Positions 20,273 through 30,748 of a stretch of DNA of 64,000 bases are shown piece by piece; within the stretch, counting starts at the first letter, position 1; each line of letters opens with the position of its first letter. Origin of the DNA: Thermoanaerobaculia bacterium. GTDB taxonomy: Bacteria; Acidobacteriota; Thermoanaerobaculia; UBA5066. The translations under genes and the position numbers were made by a program. The notes under the pieces were generated by a model. The model was not told the origin of the DNA. It saw nothing but the letters and a program-made list of their open reading frames with translations, and did no database searches. The stretch lies in assembly GCA_038245905.1 (NCBI GenBank), contig JBBRRY010000001.1, positions 224,001 through 288,000 on the forward strand. Direction: 5' to 3'.

Positions 20273-21613
20273 ATGTCCGAAGAGAAGATTCTCCTGGAAG
20301 GTGAAGAGGGGGCCCGGCGCGTCGCCGCGGCTGCGCGGACTGCTGCGCGGCGCCTCGCGGTGCTTTCTCCCGGGGAGAAGAGCTCGGTCCTCCTGGCGGT
20401 CGCCGACGGAATCGAGGCGGCGCGAGACGCCATTCTCGAGGCGAACCGGGCGGACGTGCTCGACGCTCGCACCACCTTCAAAGAAATCAACTCTCCGGTC
20501 TCCCTCCTCGACCGGCTCGTCCTCGACGAGCAGAAGGTTCGCGACATGGCCGCCGGCGTCCGCGCCGTTGCGGCGCTGCCCGACGCGTCCGGGCGAGTTC
20601 TCTCCCGCACGCTCCTCGACGACGGCCTCGTCCTCGAGAAGGTCGCCTGCCCGCTCGGCGTCCTCCTCGTCGTCTTCGAGTCGCGGCCCGACGCCGTCCC
20701 GCAGATCGCGTCGCTCGCGCTCAAGTCCGGCAATGCGGCGATCCTCAAGGGCGGGCGTGAGTCCGCCCGCTCGACCGCGGCGATCCTGGACGTCTTCGCA
20801 GGCGTCTTCGCGCGGCACCCTGAGATTCCCGGAGGCGCGCTGCAGTCCGTCGGCGGCCGCACCGACGTCGATGCCCTGCTCGCGCTCGACGACGACATCG
20901 ATCTCGTCATTCCCCGCGGCGGCTACGACCTCGTGAAGCACGTGAAGGCGAAGACGCGCATTCCGGTGCTCGGCCACGCCGAGGGCGTTTGCCACGTCTA
21001 CCTGGACCGCGCGGCGGACGAAACGATGGCGACGGCGATCGCCCTCGACGCGAAGCTCCAGTACCCCGCGGCGTGCAACGCGGCCGAGACGCTCCTCGTC
21101 CACCGCGAGGCGGCCGTCCGCTTCCTCGTTCCCCTGCTCGGACGCCTCGCCGCGGCGGGCATCGAGCTCCGCGCATGCGCGGCGACGCGCGCCCTCGCGC
21201 CGTCGCTCCGGCTCACGCCTGCGACGGAGGACGACTGGCGCGCTGAATACGGAGCGCCCGTCCTCGCCGTGAAGATCGTCGAGTCGCTCGACGAGGCGAT
21301 CGAGCACGTGAACCGCTACGGCTCGCACCACACCGAGGCGATCGTCACCGGCGACGCCGCGGCGGCGGAGATGTTTCTGTCTCGTGTCGACGCCGCGGGC
21401 GTCTTCCACAACGCGTCCACGCGCTTCGCGGACGGATTCCGTTACGGGTTCGGGGCGGAGATCGGCGTCTCAACTTCGCGTCTCCATGCACGCGGACCGG
21501 TCGGTCTCGAGGGGCTCGTGACGTACAAGTACGTCCTTCGAGGCAGCGGCCAGGTCGTCGCGACGTACTCGGGGAAGGGCGCGCGGCCCTTCCGGCACGA
21601 GCGCCTAGGCTAG
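20273..21613 (+). CDS. proA: gamma-glutamyl phosphate reductase
   Basis: PLGV..FESRP, KSGNA.ILKGG, CNAAETLL, NASTRFADG..GAEIGVST..HARGPVGL. Start ATG 20273. Confidence 0.96.
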   Translation: MSEEKILLEGEEGARRVAAAARTAARRLAVLSPGEKSSVLLAVADGIEAARDAILEANRADVLDARTTFKEINSPVSLLDRLVLDEQKVRDMAAGVRAVAALPDASGRVLSRTLLDDGLVLEKVACPLGVLLVVFESRPDAVPQIASLALKSGNAAILKGGRESARSTAAILDVFAGVFARHPEIPGGALQSVGGRTDVDALLALDDDIDLVIPRGGYDLVKHVKAKTRIPVLGHAEGVCHVYLDRAADETMATAIALDAKLQYPAACNAAETLLVHREAAVRFLVPLLGRLAAAGIELRACAATRALAPSLRLTPATEDDWRAEYGAPVLAVKIVESLDEAIEHVNRYGSHHTEAIVTGDAAAAEMFLSRVDAAGVFHNASTRFADGFRYGFGAEIGVSTSRLHARGPVGLEGLVTYKYVLRGSGQVVATYSGKGARPFRHERLG

Positions 21614-21618
21614 AAGCC

Positions 21619-23157
21619 TCACTCCCACTCGATCGTGCCGGGGGGCTTGGACGTCACGTCGTAGACGACGCGGTTGACGCCGCGCACCTCGCCGACGATC
21701 CGCCGGGATACCTTGTCGAGGAGGTCGTGCGGGAGACGCGCCCAGTCGGCGGTCATGAAGTCCTCCGTCGTGACGGCGCGAAGCGCGAGGACGCTCTCGT
21801 ATGTGCGGCCATCGCCCATCACGCCGACGGTTTTCACGGGCAGGAGGACCGCGAACGCCTGAGAGGTCCTCTCGTACCAACCCGAATCGCGCAGCTCCTC
21901 GATGAAGATCGCGTCGGCCTCCTGCAGGATGCGCACGCGCTCCTTCGTGATCTCGCCCGGAATGCGCACGGCGAGACCGGGCCCCGGAAACGGATGCCTC
22001 GAGAGCATCTCCTTCGGGATCCCGAGCTCCGCGCCGAGGCGCCGGACCTCGTCCTTGAACAGCTCGCGGAGCGGCTCGAGGAGTCGGAAGCCGAGCTTCT
22101 CCGGGAGTCCGCCGACGTTGTGATGCGTCTTGATGACCGACGAGGGGCCCTTGATCGAGACCGACTCGATCACGTCGGGATAGAGCGTGCCCTGCAGAAG
22201 CCACTCGGCGCCGTCCACGGCCTTCGCGTTTTCGGTGAAGACGTCGATGAAGAGGCCGCCGATGATCTTCCGTTTCTGCTCCGGCTCGATCACGCCCGCG
22301 AGAGCCGAGAGGAACCGTTCCGACGCATCGACTCCCGTGACGGGCAGCCCGAGGTGGCGAAACGCCTCCATCACCTGCGGCCCCTCGTTCTTCCGGAGGA
22401 GCCCGGTGTCGACGAAGACGCCACGGAACCGCTCCCCCACCGCCTCGCGGATCAGCACGGCCGCGACCGTCGAGTCCACGCCTCCCGAGAGCGCGCCGAG
22501 GACGATGCCGTGCGAGACCTCCTCCTTGAGGCGAAGGACGGTCGCGTCGCGGAATCCGGCCATCGTCCACGTCGCCTTCGCGCCGCAGACGTCGTACAGG
22601 AAGTTCTCGAGCATCTGGGCTCCGTGCACGGAGTGATGCACCTCCGGATGGCCCTGGATGCCATACAAGCCGCGCTCTGTGTCTTCGAAGGCGGCGACCG
22701 GCGCGTTCTCGGTGTCGGCCGTCACCACGAAACCCACGGGGGCGGCCTCGACGTGGTCGCCGTGGCTCATCCAGACCGTCTCGACGGGCCCGAGACCCCG
22801 GAAGAGACGACCGCCGCGCACCTTCACGGACGCCCTCCCGTACTCCCGCCCCGGCGCGCTGCCGACGCGCCCGCCGAAGCGCTGGGCGATCCACATCATT
22901 CCGTAGCAGAGCCCGAGGACGGGGACGCCGAGATCGAAAAGCTTTGCGTCTCCCTGCGGGGCCCCGCTGTCGTAGACGCTCGACGGGCCTCCGGAGAGGA
23001 TCAGTCCCCTCGGCTTCAATTTCGCAATCTCGTCGGCCTTCGCGTCGAACGGAAGGACGATCGAGCGGACCCGCGCCTCGCGGATCCGCCGGGCAATCAC
23101 CTGAGTGAACTGGGAGCCGAAATCAAGGACGACGACGGTGTCGGACGGTGCGTTCAC
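21619..23157 (-). CDS. guaA: GMP synthase (glutamine-hydrolysing)
   Basis: LDFGSQ, GLCYGM, HPEV, SGGVDS, IKTHHNVGG, KPPGTIEWE. Confidence 0.98.
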   Translation of the reverse strand: MNAPSDTVVVLDFGSQFTQVIARRIREARVRSIVLPFDAKADEIAKLKPRGLILSGGPSSVYDSGAPQGDAKLFDLGVPVLGLCYGMMWIAQRFGGRVGSAPGREYGRASVKVRGGRLFRGLGPVETVWMSHGDHVEAAPVGFVVTADTENAPVAAFEDTERGLYGIQGHPEVHHSVHGAQMLENFLYDVCGAKATWTMAGFRDATVLRLKEEVSHGIVLGALSGGVDSTVAAVLIREAVGERFRGVFVDTGLLRKNEGPQVMEAFRHLGLPVTGVDASERFLSALAGVIEPEQKRKIIGGLFIDVFTENAKAVDGAEWLLQGTLYPDVIESVSIKGPSSVIKTHHNVGGLPEKLGFRLLEPLRELFKDEVRRLGAELGIPKEMLSRHPFPGPGLAVRIPGEITKERVRILQEADAIFIEELRDSGWYERTSQAFAVLLPVKTVGVMGDGRTYESVLALRAVTTEDFMTADWARLPHDLLDKVSRRIVGEVRGVNRVVYDVTSKPPGTIEWE

Positions 23158-23175
23158 GCGCGGAGTATAGGTGCC

Positions 23176-23589
23176 TCAGTACATCTCTCCCTGACCCAGC
23201 ACGCGGCAGGTGAAGGACTTCTGGTCCGCGCCCGGCGTGCATTTCGGGTGGTCGGCCGGCGCCTGACTGACGGCGGACATCTGCATCGAGACAGCGCTGC
23301 TCTCGTTCGAGGTTCCTCGGTAGTCGCACCACAGAAGATCGCTCGTGGCGCCCGGAACGCGCCGGGCCTGAAACGCGGTGAAGCCGTCCCTGTGGAGGGC
23401 CTTCACCCTCCACGTCGCATCTCCCTTGAGGGTCACGTCGACGCTCGTTCCGCCGTTGAGTCCGGTCGCCATGATGGTAGTTGGGCACGTGAGCGTGATC
23501 GGATCAGAGGGCTTCGGCGCCGCATGCGCGGAGCCGGAGGACATGCCCGCCACGAGGATCAGGGGGATCAGGCTGCGAGAGGATTTCAT
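23176..23589 (-). CDS. hypothetical secreted 4-Cys protein (paralog B)
   Basis: Signal peptide ending AHA, GAAGGAG RBS before ATG 23589; Cys pattern shared with the neighbouring gene. Confidence 0.8.
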   Translation of the reverse strand: MKSSRSLIPLILVAGMSSGSAHAAPKPSDPITLTCPTTIMATGLNGGTSVDVTLKGDATWRVKALHRDGFTAFQARRVPGATSDLLWCDYRGTSNESSAVSMQMSAVSQAPADHPKCTPGADQKSFTCRVLGQGEMY

Positions 23590-23610
23590 CTTCGCTCCTT
23601 CCGTGATCAT

Positions 23611-24033
23611 TCAGTAGAACTCGCCCGGCTTGAGCGAATAGCAGGAAAACGACATCTTCGCGGAATCCGCCTGGCAGACGGGCTTTCCGGGAGTCGATTC
23701 CCTCTCGAGGAGGAAATTCGTCTCGGACCCCGCGACGTGGTCCGAGAGCGCCTTGTAGACGCACCAGCAGGAATCGTGAGAGACGCCGGGTGTCGTGTAT
23801 GCCGACTGCGCCGTGAGACCGGCCTTCGTGAAGTTTTTCTGCGTCCACGGGGCGATCACGCCAATCGCGGCTGTGGCGGAAACGACGGGACATGCGAAGG
23901 TCAGGGGCTCGGCCAGGATCAGCTTCTTGATTTTCGCGGAGAGCTGCGGATTGAGCTGCGCCGGGGGCGCGGCGAGCCCGATACCGCTCGTGAGAGCGAA
24001 AACGAGGGACGTACACTTCAGGAGTGCCTTCAT
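23611..24033 (-). CDS. hypothetical secreted Cys-rich protein (paralog A)
   Basis: Signal peptide, GGGAGG RBS; CP, WCxY, PxC, SFxC and GExY motifs shared with the downstream gene. Confidence 0.8.
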   Translation of the reverse strand: MKALLKCTSLVFALTSGIGLAAPPAQLNPQLSAKIKKLILAEPLTFACPVVSATAAIGVIAPWTQKNFTKAGLTAQSAYTTPGVSHDSCWCVYKALSDHVAGSETNFLLERESTPGKPVCQADSAKMSFSCYSLKPGEFY

Positions 24034-24125
24034 CGACTATGTCCTCCCTCGGGCCAGACGACCCGATTCGGGAGGACTGACGGGACGGAGGAGCTTCCGG
24101 CATAGACGGCGGGAAGGGATTCCGG

Positions 24126-24665
24126 CTATTCCGCCTTCGCGGGCCGCCGCAGCCGGCCGATCAGGGCACGCGGCCCGGCCGCGATGCCGCCCGCGACGAG
24201 CCCCGTCGCCACGGCCGCGAACGCGGCGAGGGCCACGAGCAGCGGCCCCACGTTGATGCCCCCAGGAAGGTCCCCGCCGTGCGCGACACGGTTCAGGGAG
24301 GCGCCGAAGGTCAGCGCGGCTAGCGCCGTGCCCCCGAGAAATGCCCACCGGCTCTCCCTGGGCATAGACAACTCGGCCTTGCGGGCTGGGCCTCGCGACC
24401 AGAGAGGCGCCGCGACCGACACGCCGGCGTCGGCGAAGAAAAGCAGCAGGCCCGCCATGAGATAGGGCGGCAGGAAAGCCAGGATCGACGCCACGATGAA
24501 ACGCACGAGAGGCCTTTTCGTCAGGGCAGCCCCGAGCGCATCGGCGAGAAACGGATACGCCGTGAACGACTCAGCGGCGTGGGGGTGAGCCACGAGATAC
24601 GCGCCGAGAACGAGAAGGAAGGCTCCCGGAGAGACCAGGAGGAACGCGCGCACCGTCCGGAACAT
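24126..24665 (-). CDS. hypothetical integral membrane protein (~4 TM)
   Basis: Hydrophobic segments; starts 2 nt after the transglycosylase stop. Confidence 0.65.
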   Translation of the reverse strand: MFRTVRAFLLVSPGAFLLVLGAYLVAHPHAAESFTAYPFLADALGAALTKRPLVRFIVASILAFLPPYLMAGLLLFFADAGVSVAAPLWSRGPARKAELSMPRESRWAFLGGTALAALTFGASLNRVAHGGDLPGGINVGPLLVALAAFAAVATGLVAGGIAAGPRALIGRLRRPAKAE

Positions 24666-24667
24666 CG

Positions 24668-25453
24668 TCAGAGGGCCGCTCGTGCGATCCGGCCGGGCGG
24701 GCCCCACAGCGCGAGCACGCGTTTCACGTAGTCGAGGGTCTCCCGGTAAGGCGGCACGCCGCCGTATTCCTCCACCGCATGCTCTCCCGCGTTGTACGCC
24801 GCCAGGATGAGATCCGCGTTCGTCTCACCGAACCGCTCGGCGAGCTCGGCGAGATACGCGACGCCGCCACGGATGTTGTCCCGCGGATCGAACGGGCGCT
24901 TCACGCCGAGGCGCCGCGCCGTGGCCGGCATGAGCTGCATGAGACCGCGCGCTCCCTTCCGGGACACGGCATGCGGGTGGCCGTTCGACTCGACCTTGAT
25001 GACGGCCGCGATGAACGCGGGATCGACTTTGTGCTCCTTCGCGGCCGCGAGAATCTGCGAGGAATAGGGGGACGAGAAGGAGGAATAGGGCGATTCCGAG
25101 AGGGTGCGGACGGAACGGCTTGCTTCCAAAGGCGCGCCGACCGGGACCCCACCGGCGTCTCCCGGCTTCGTCGGCGCCGGACGCTCGTACTCGTCGTCCA
25201 CGATGCGCGCGACGACGTCGAGGGGAATCGTCATCGAGCCGCCGCCCACGAGCCCGACCGTGAGCCGGTCGCCGTCCACGACCTCGTAGCTCGCGACCCG
25301 GAGATGTCGCCCGTCCTCGAACACGACGAGCGTGGCGGCCGCTGGCGCCGCGCAGAGGCCTAGAAGAGCGAACCCTGCACAGACGAGGACGATCCCTCTT
25401 CCCCTTCTGAGCAAATCCCTCTCTTTCTTCTCTTTCCGACTCATCGCCATCAT
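24668..25453 (-). CDS. lytic transglycosylase (SLT domain)
   Basis: AVIKVES, SRKGARGLMQLMPATA, NIRGG..YL, AAYNAGE, PPYRET..YV. Start ATG 25453 overlaps the xerD stop. Confidence 0.92.
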   Translation of the reverse strand: MMAMSRKEKKERDLLRRGRGIVLVCAGFALLGLCAAPAAATLVVFEDGRHLRVASYEVVDGDRLTVGLVGGGSMTIPLDVVARIVDDEYERPAPTKPGDAGGVPVGAPLEASRSVRTLSESPYSSFSSPYSSQILAAAKEHKVDPAFIAAVIKVESNGHPHAVSRKGARGLMQLMPATARRLGVKRPFDPRDNIRGGVAYLAELAERFGETNADLILAAYNAGEHAVEEYGGVPPYRETLDYVKRVLALWGPPGRIARAAL

Positions 25454-26376
25454 GCCCTCGGGTGCGTCCGGTCGTAGACCTTGCGGATGCGCGAGCGGGA
25501 GACATGCGTGTAGATCTCGGTCGTGGCGATGTCCGCATGGCCGAGCATCATCTGAACGGCCCTGAGGTCGGCGTCGTTGTCGACGAGATGCGTCGCGAAC
25601 GCGTGCCGGAGGACGTGGGGAGATACGGCGGAAGCCGGCAGGTCCGCTTTCCGTGCCGCGGCCTTCAGTGCGAGAAAGACGGTCTGCCTCGTGATCGGCT
25701 TTCCGCTCGCACCCGGGAACACCCATCGCCCCGCCGCACCCGGCTTCACGGCCCGTACCGCCTGCAGGTAGCGCGCGACCCATCGCGCGGAGGAATCCGC
25801 GATCGGCACGACCCGCTCTTTCGCGCCCTTGCCGCGAACCACGATGAAGCCTTCCGGGAGGCGCAGCGCCTCCAAGGGAAGAGTCGCGAGCTCCGAGACC
25901 CGGAGGCCGCAGGCATAGAGCAGCTCGAAAAGCGCGCGGTTGCGCAGGCCTCGCGGGGTCGTCACGTCCGGCGCGTCCAGAAGACGCATCACGTCGTCTG
26001 GCGAGAGAACCTTCGGAAGCATCGCCCATCGCCGGGCGTTCGCGAGGTCGGCCGTCGGGTCCGCCGTGAGGACCTTCTCCGCGGCGAGAAATCCATAGAG
26101 CCCACGCAGCGCCGAGGTGAGCCGCGCGAGGGTGCGGGGCGACATCCCCTCCGCGCGGCGGACGCCGAGATACGCGACAACGTCGCCGCGCGTGACCCGG
26201 GATGGATCCCTCCTAGAGGACGCGATATACGTCCCGAACGCCGCGAGATCGCGGCGGTATGCTTCGAGCGTATTCGATGAGAGGCCCTTTTCCGCCGAAA
26301 GATAGTCGAGGAAGAGCGGGAGGTGCTTCTGAAAGAAGACGCCGGCCGGCGTTTTGGCAGGAGATCCCGAACTCAC
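25450..26376 (-). CDS. xerD: tyrosine recombinase XerD
   Basis: SNTLEAYRRDL, LYACGLRVSEL, GKGAKERVVP, SPHVLRHAFATHL, LGHADIATTEIYTHV, HPRA C-terminus. Confidence 0.92.
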   Translation of the reverse strand: MSSGSPAKTPAGVFFQKHLPLFLDYLSAEKGLSSNTLEAYRRDLAAFGTYIASSRRDPSRVTRGDVVAYLGVRRAEGMSPRTLARLTSALRGLYGFLAAEKVLTADPTADLANARRWAMLPKVLSPDDVMRLLDAPDVTTPRGLRNRALFELLYACGLRVSELATLPLEALRLPEGFIVVRGKGAKERVVPIADSSARWVARYLQAVRAVKPGAAGRWVFPGASGKPITRQTVFLALKAAARKADLPASAVSPHVLRHAFATHLVDNDADLRAVQMMLGHADIATTEIYTHVSRSRIRKVYDRTHPRA

Positions 26377-26413
26377 TCGATGATTCTACGGAAGCCGGGC
26401 CGCCCGCGTCGGG

Positions 26414-27688
26414 TCACGAGCCCCGGACGCGTTCCACGGCGGGGGCCACCAGGCCGGCCGGATCCGGCAGGGCCGACAGGATCGTCCGGATCTCGGGCTC
26501 GGAAAGGACATGGTCGGAGGCCTTCGCGGCGCGATAGAGCGCGGCGACTCGCTGGGGCGTTGGCTCGACGCCCCGTTCCCGCAGCCAGAAGATCACGTTG
26601 GACTCTCCGGACATCGGGCCGACTTCGATCACTTGCGTAAGACCGACCATCGCGGCGGGAACGCCGGAGTAGACCCGGTCCGCGAGCCAGTCGTGACCCT
26701 TCGCGCGCGCCTTCACGATCGCGGCCGCGTGAACGCCCGTCCCGGTCCGGAACGCGTCGCGCCCGACGACCGGGTAGCCGTCGGGGATCGGCACCTTCAC
26801 GTACGCCGACACCTTCGAGACGTAACGCGGCAGAGCGGTCAGGTCGCGGTCGATCCAGCCGAGGAGCTGGAGGTTCACGAGGAGGAGGTCGAGCGGAGTA
26901 TTTCCCACGCGCTCCCCCACTCCCAGCGCACAACCGTGAACCCGGTGCGCCCCCGCGCGCAGGGCGGCGAGGGAGTTCGCGACGGAGAGCCCGCGGTCCT
27001 GATGGCCGTGCCAGTCGATGCGCACGGCTGGATTCTCCCGCGCCACGAATTCCGCGAGGAAGCCTACGAGCGCAGCGGCGCCCTCGGGCGTCGCGTGTCC
27101 GACCGTGTCGCAGGCACAGATCCGGGACGCCCCCGCGGCGATCGCCGTCCCGTAGAGAGCGACGAGATCCTCGGGGCGCGCGCGCGTCGTGTCTTCCGTG
27201 ACGTACGTGACCGACAGGCCGTGACGCACTCCGAGCGAGACGGCGTCGCGCGTCAGCTTCATCATGCGCGAGAGCTCCCAGTCCTCAACGTACTGCCGGA
27301 TCGGCGACGAGCCTATGAACGTCGTCATCTCGAGTGTCCGGCCCACGCGCTGGGAGATCCCGATGATCGGTTCTATGTCGGAGGCGAGCGTGCGGGCCGC
27401 GCACCCGGGGTTCACCGCGAGACCGGCCTCCGTCATGCGACGGACGAGCCACTCGACGTCCTCGCGGGAGCTCCCTCCCGCGGCCGGAATGCCGATGACG
27501 GCGGTGTCGATCCCGAGCCGCTCCATGAGGACGATCAGCTCGAACTTCTCGTCGAGGGTCGGCGTGACGGCCGACGGGGACTGGAGGCCGTCGCGAAGCG
27601 TTTCGTCGACGAGCTCGACGGGAAGGTGCCGTGGCCGGCCTTCGCCAGCGGCTCTGTTCCAGTCGTATACGAGGCGTTGAGGGTCCAT
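26414..27688 (-). CDS. DRE-TIM acyl transferase (isopropylmalate/homocitrate/citramalate synthase family), no regulatory domain
   Basis: DETLRDGLQ, EDTTRA, CDTVG, HGHQDRG, GERVGN; 424 aa. Confidence 0.85.
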   Translation of the reverse strand: MDPQRLVYDWNRAAGEGRPRHLPVELVDETLRDGLQSPSAVTPTLDEKFELIVLMERLGIDTAVIGIPAAGGSSREDVEWLVRRMTEAGLAVNPGCAARTLASDIEPIIGISQRVGRTLEMTTFIGSSPIRQYVEDWELSRMMKLTRDAVSLGVRHGLSVTYVTEDTTRARPEDLVALYGTAIAAGASRICACDTVGHATPEGAAALVGFLAEFVARENPAVRIDWHGHQDRGLSVANSLAALRAGAHRVHGCALGVGERVGNTPLDLLLVNLQLLGWIDRDLTALPRYVSKVSAYVKVPIPDGYPVVGRDAFRTGTGVHAAAIVKARAKGHDWLADRVYSGVPAAMVGLTQVIEVGPMSGESNVIFWLRERGVEPTPQRVAALYRAAKASDHVLSEPEIRTILSALPDPAGLVAPAVERVRGS

Positions 27689-27705
27689 CGGGCTAAGATT
27701 GCATT

Positions 27706-28862
27706 ATGGTCGATTCACTCGGCATCGTGGGCTACGACTCGTTCCATTTCGTCGTTAAAGACCTCGAACGCAGCCGCCGGTTTTACGCGGACGCGCTCGG
27801 CTTCACCGAGGTCGCGCGTGCCTCCGCATCAAAGATCGAAAAGGGCGGCGAGGTCGCATCTGTCTTCGGCGCCGGCCAGATCAGGGTCCTCGTCTCCAGC
27901 CCGAAGCGGAATGACTCGAGGGCGGCGCGGTTCCTGAAGATTCACCCCGACGGCATTTCCTCCCTCGCGCTCCGCGTGCGCGACATCCAGGCCGCCTGGG
28001 ATTTTCTGGCGACTCGGGGCGCCACGTTCCTGTCGGACATCGCCGTGGATGAAGTCGAGGGCGGCGCGTTCCGGACTTTCAACATCGCGACGCCGCTCGA
28101 CGACACCACGTTCCGTTTCATCGAACGGGACGGGAAGTACCCGTGCTTCGCTCCCGACTTCGAGAACGTCGGCGACGGCAAGCCGCGTGAAAACCCGCAC
28201 GGCTTCGCCACGATCGACCATGTGACGTCGAACGCCTATACGATGCTTCCGGTCGTGAACTGGTACCGCGATGTACTCGGTTTTTCGCACTACTGGGACG
28301 TCGAGTTCCACACGGCCGAGGTGGGCGCCCGCCGCATGACGGGTTCCGGCCTCCGCTCGATCGTCATGGCCGACCCCGGCAGCGGGGTGAAGTTCGCCAC
28401 GAACGAGCCCATGCGGCCGTTCTTCCGCGACAGCCAGATCAACCGCTTCTGCGAGGATCATCACGGCGCGGGCGTCCAGCACGTCGCGTTTCTCGTGAAG
28501 GAGATCATCCCGGCCGTCGAGTTCCTGCGCGCGAAAGGCATCCAGTTCCTTCCGGCGCCCGGCGCGTATTACGACCGGCTGCCGAAGCGCCTCGAAGACG
28601 TGAAGATCAGGAACATCAAGGAGTCCATGGACGCGCTGCGCCGGAACCACATCCTCGTGGACGGCGCCGACGACAAGTACATGCTCCAGATCTTCATGCT
28701 CGATGCGATGGCGATGTACGGCGACGAGCATGCCGGCCCTTTCTTCTACGAGATCATCCAGCGCGAGGGCGACCGGGGCTTCGGCTACGGCAACTTCCGC
28801 GCGCTCTTCGAGTCGATCGAGGCCGCCCAGCGCACGGACGCGAGCGCGCTCGAGGTGGTCGG

Positions 28863-28866
<4 letters not shown>
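27706..28866 (+). CDS. hppD: 4-hydroxyphenylpyruvate dioxygenase
   Basis: IDHVTSN, SGLRSIVM, SQI..GAGVQHVA, LQIF, FFYEIIQR..GFGYGNFRALFESIE. Confidence 0.93.
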
Positions 28867-30014
<1,148 letters not shown>

Positions 30015-30017
30015 CCT

Positions 30018-30452
30018 TCAACCGACGAGCGGGTTCCGGACTTTCAGATCGGGAAAGCGGCCGAAGTCCCGGTCAGCCGACCACAGCTCCTTCACTCCGT
30101 GGAGGACGCAGAGCGCCGCGATGCGGGCGTCGTGGACCCGGGGCCCCGAAACGCCGCTCGAGAGAACGGTCGAGGAGAGCTTCTCCCAGTAACCAATCTC
30201 CTCCCCGAGGAGAACGAGAGAGGGAGATTCCATCCACATGGAAACCTGCTCGAGCGCCCGCTCGACGGGCGAAGGCGGGTTGAAAACTCTCGGATGGGTC
30301 ACGACCGCAAGAAACTCGTGAACACAGGGCCAGGGAATCGCCCACGTCTCGTCCGAGGTCGCCAGGTTCGCGATACTGGTTCGGGCCGCCTCGTGCGCTT
30401 CCGACTCCGAGCGGTGGGCGTGTACCAGAATGTTGGAGTCGACCGCGATCAA
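30018..30452 (-). CDS. vapC: VapC-family PIN domain toxin
   Basis: IAVDSNILVHAHR, HEFL..THPR, HDARIAA, SADRDF. TTG start overlaps the antitoxin stop. Confidence 0.9.
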   Translation of the reverse strand: MIAVDSNILVHAHRSESEAHEAARTSIANLATSDETWAIPWPCVHEFLAVVTHPRVFNPPSPVERALEQVSMWMESPSLVLLGEEIGYWEKLSSTVLSSGVSGPRVHDARIAALCVLHGVKELWSADRDFGRFPDLKVRNPLVG

Positions 30453-30694
30453 CCGCCGCGCCCTTCGTAAATCAGCGATCGCATTTTCTCCCAATTCGAC
30501 AGATCGACCCCTGGCTGAAGTCCCTTTCCTCTGAAGCTGCCGTCGCGCAGCCGGAATTGGCCTCTTTTCCTGTGCCCCGCGAGGACCCCGCGGAGGCCTT
30601 CTTCGAGGAGGGAGCGCAGGGTTCGACCTTCGCGAACCGCGGCCGCGCGCGCCTCGCGCATCAATGGGTCGCTGATTTCGACAGTCGTCTTCAT
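30449..30694 (-). CDS. vapB: VapB-type antitoxin (RHH-like)
   Basis: MKTTVEISDPL..TLRSLLEEGLR; directly upstream of the PIN toxin. Confidence 0.85.
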   Translation of the reverse strand: MKTTVEISDPLMREARAAAVREGRTLRSLLEEGLRGVLAGHRKRGQFRLRDGSFRGKGLQPGVDLSNWEKMRSLIYEGRGG

Positions 30695-30730
30695 ATGGGA
30701 GACTATATCATTGAGTATGGCAGCCCATAT
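30693..30730 (-). promoter_or_regulatory. vapBC promoter/operator: extended -10 TG-A-TATAGT with ATATGGG inverted repeat
   Basis: TATAGT (30707-30702) is 7 nt before the ATG; inverted repeat atatggg (30693-30699) / cccatat (30724-30730). Confidence 0.6.
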
Positions 30731-30748
30731 TAGCGGCTCCGGGCGGCG

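Noticed and set aside
19214-21613. 799-aa ORF suggesting a ProB-ProA fusion
   Set aside because: proB is in another frame with its own stop at 20270; proA starts at 20273 and the upstream extension is a shadow frame.
25059-25090. Direct repeat GAGGAATAGGG twice
   Set aside because: A small duplication encoding SPYSS twice in a linker; two copies only, not an array.
25450-26376. Tyrosine recombinase as a possible integrase marking a mobile element
   Set aside because: Length and motifs match housekeeping XerD; no att repeats, tRNA or phage genes nearby.
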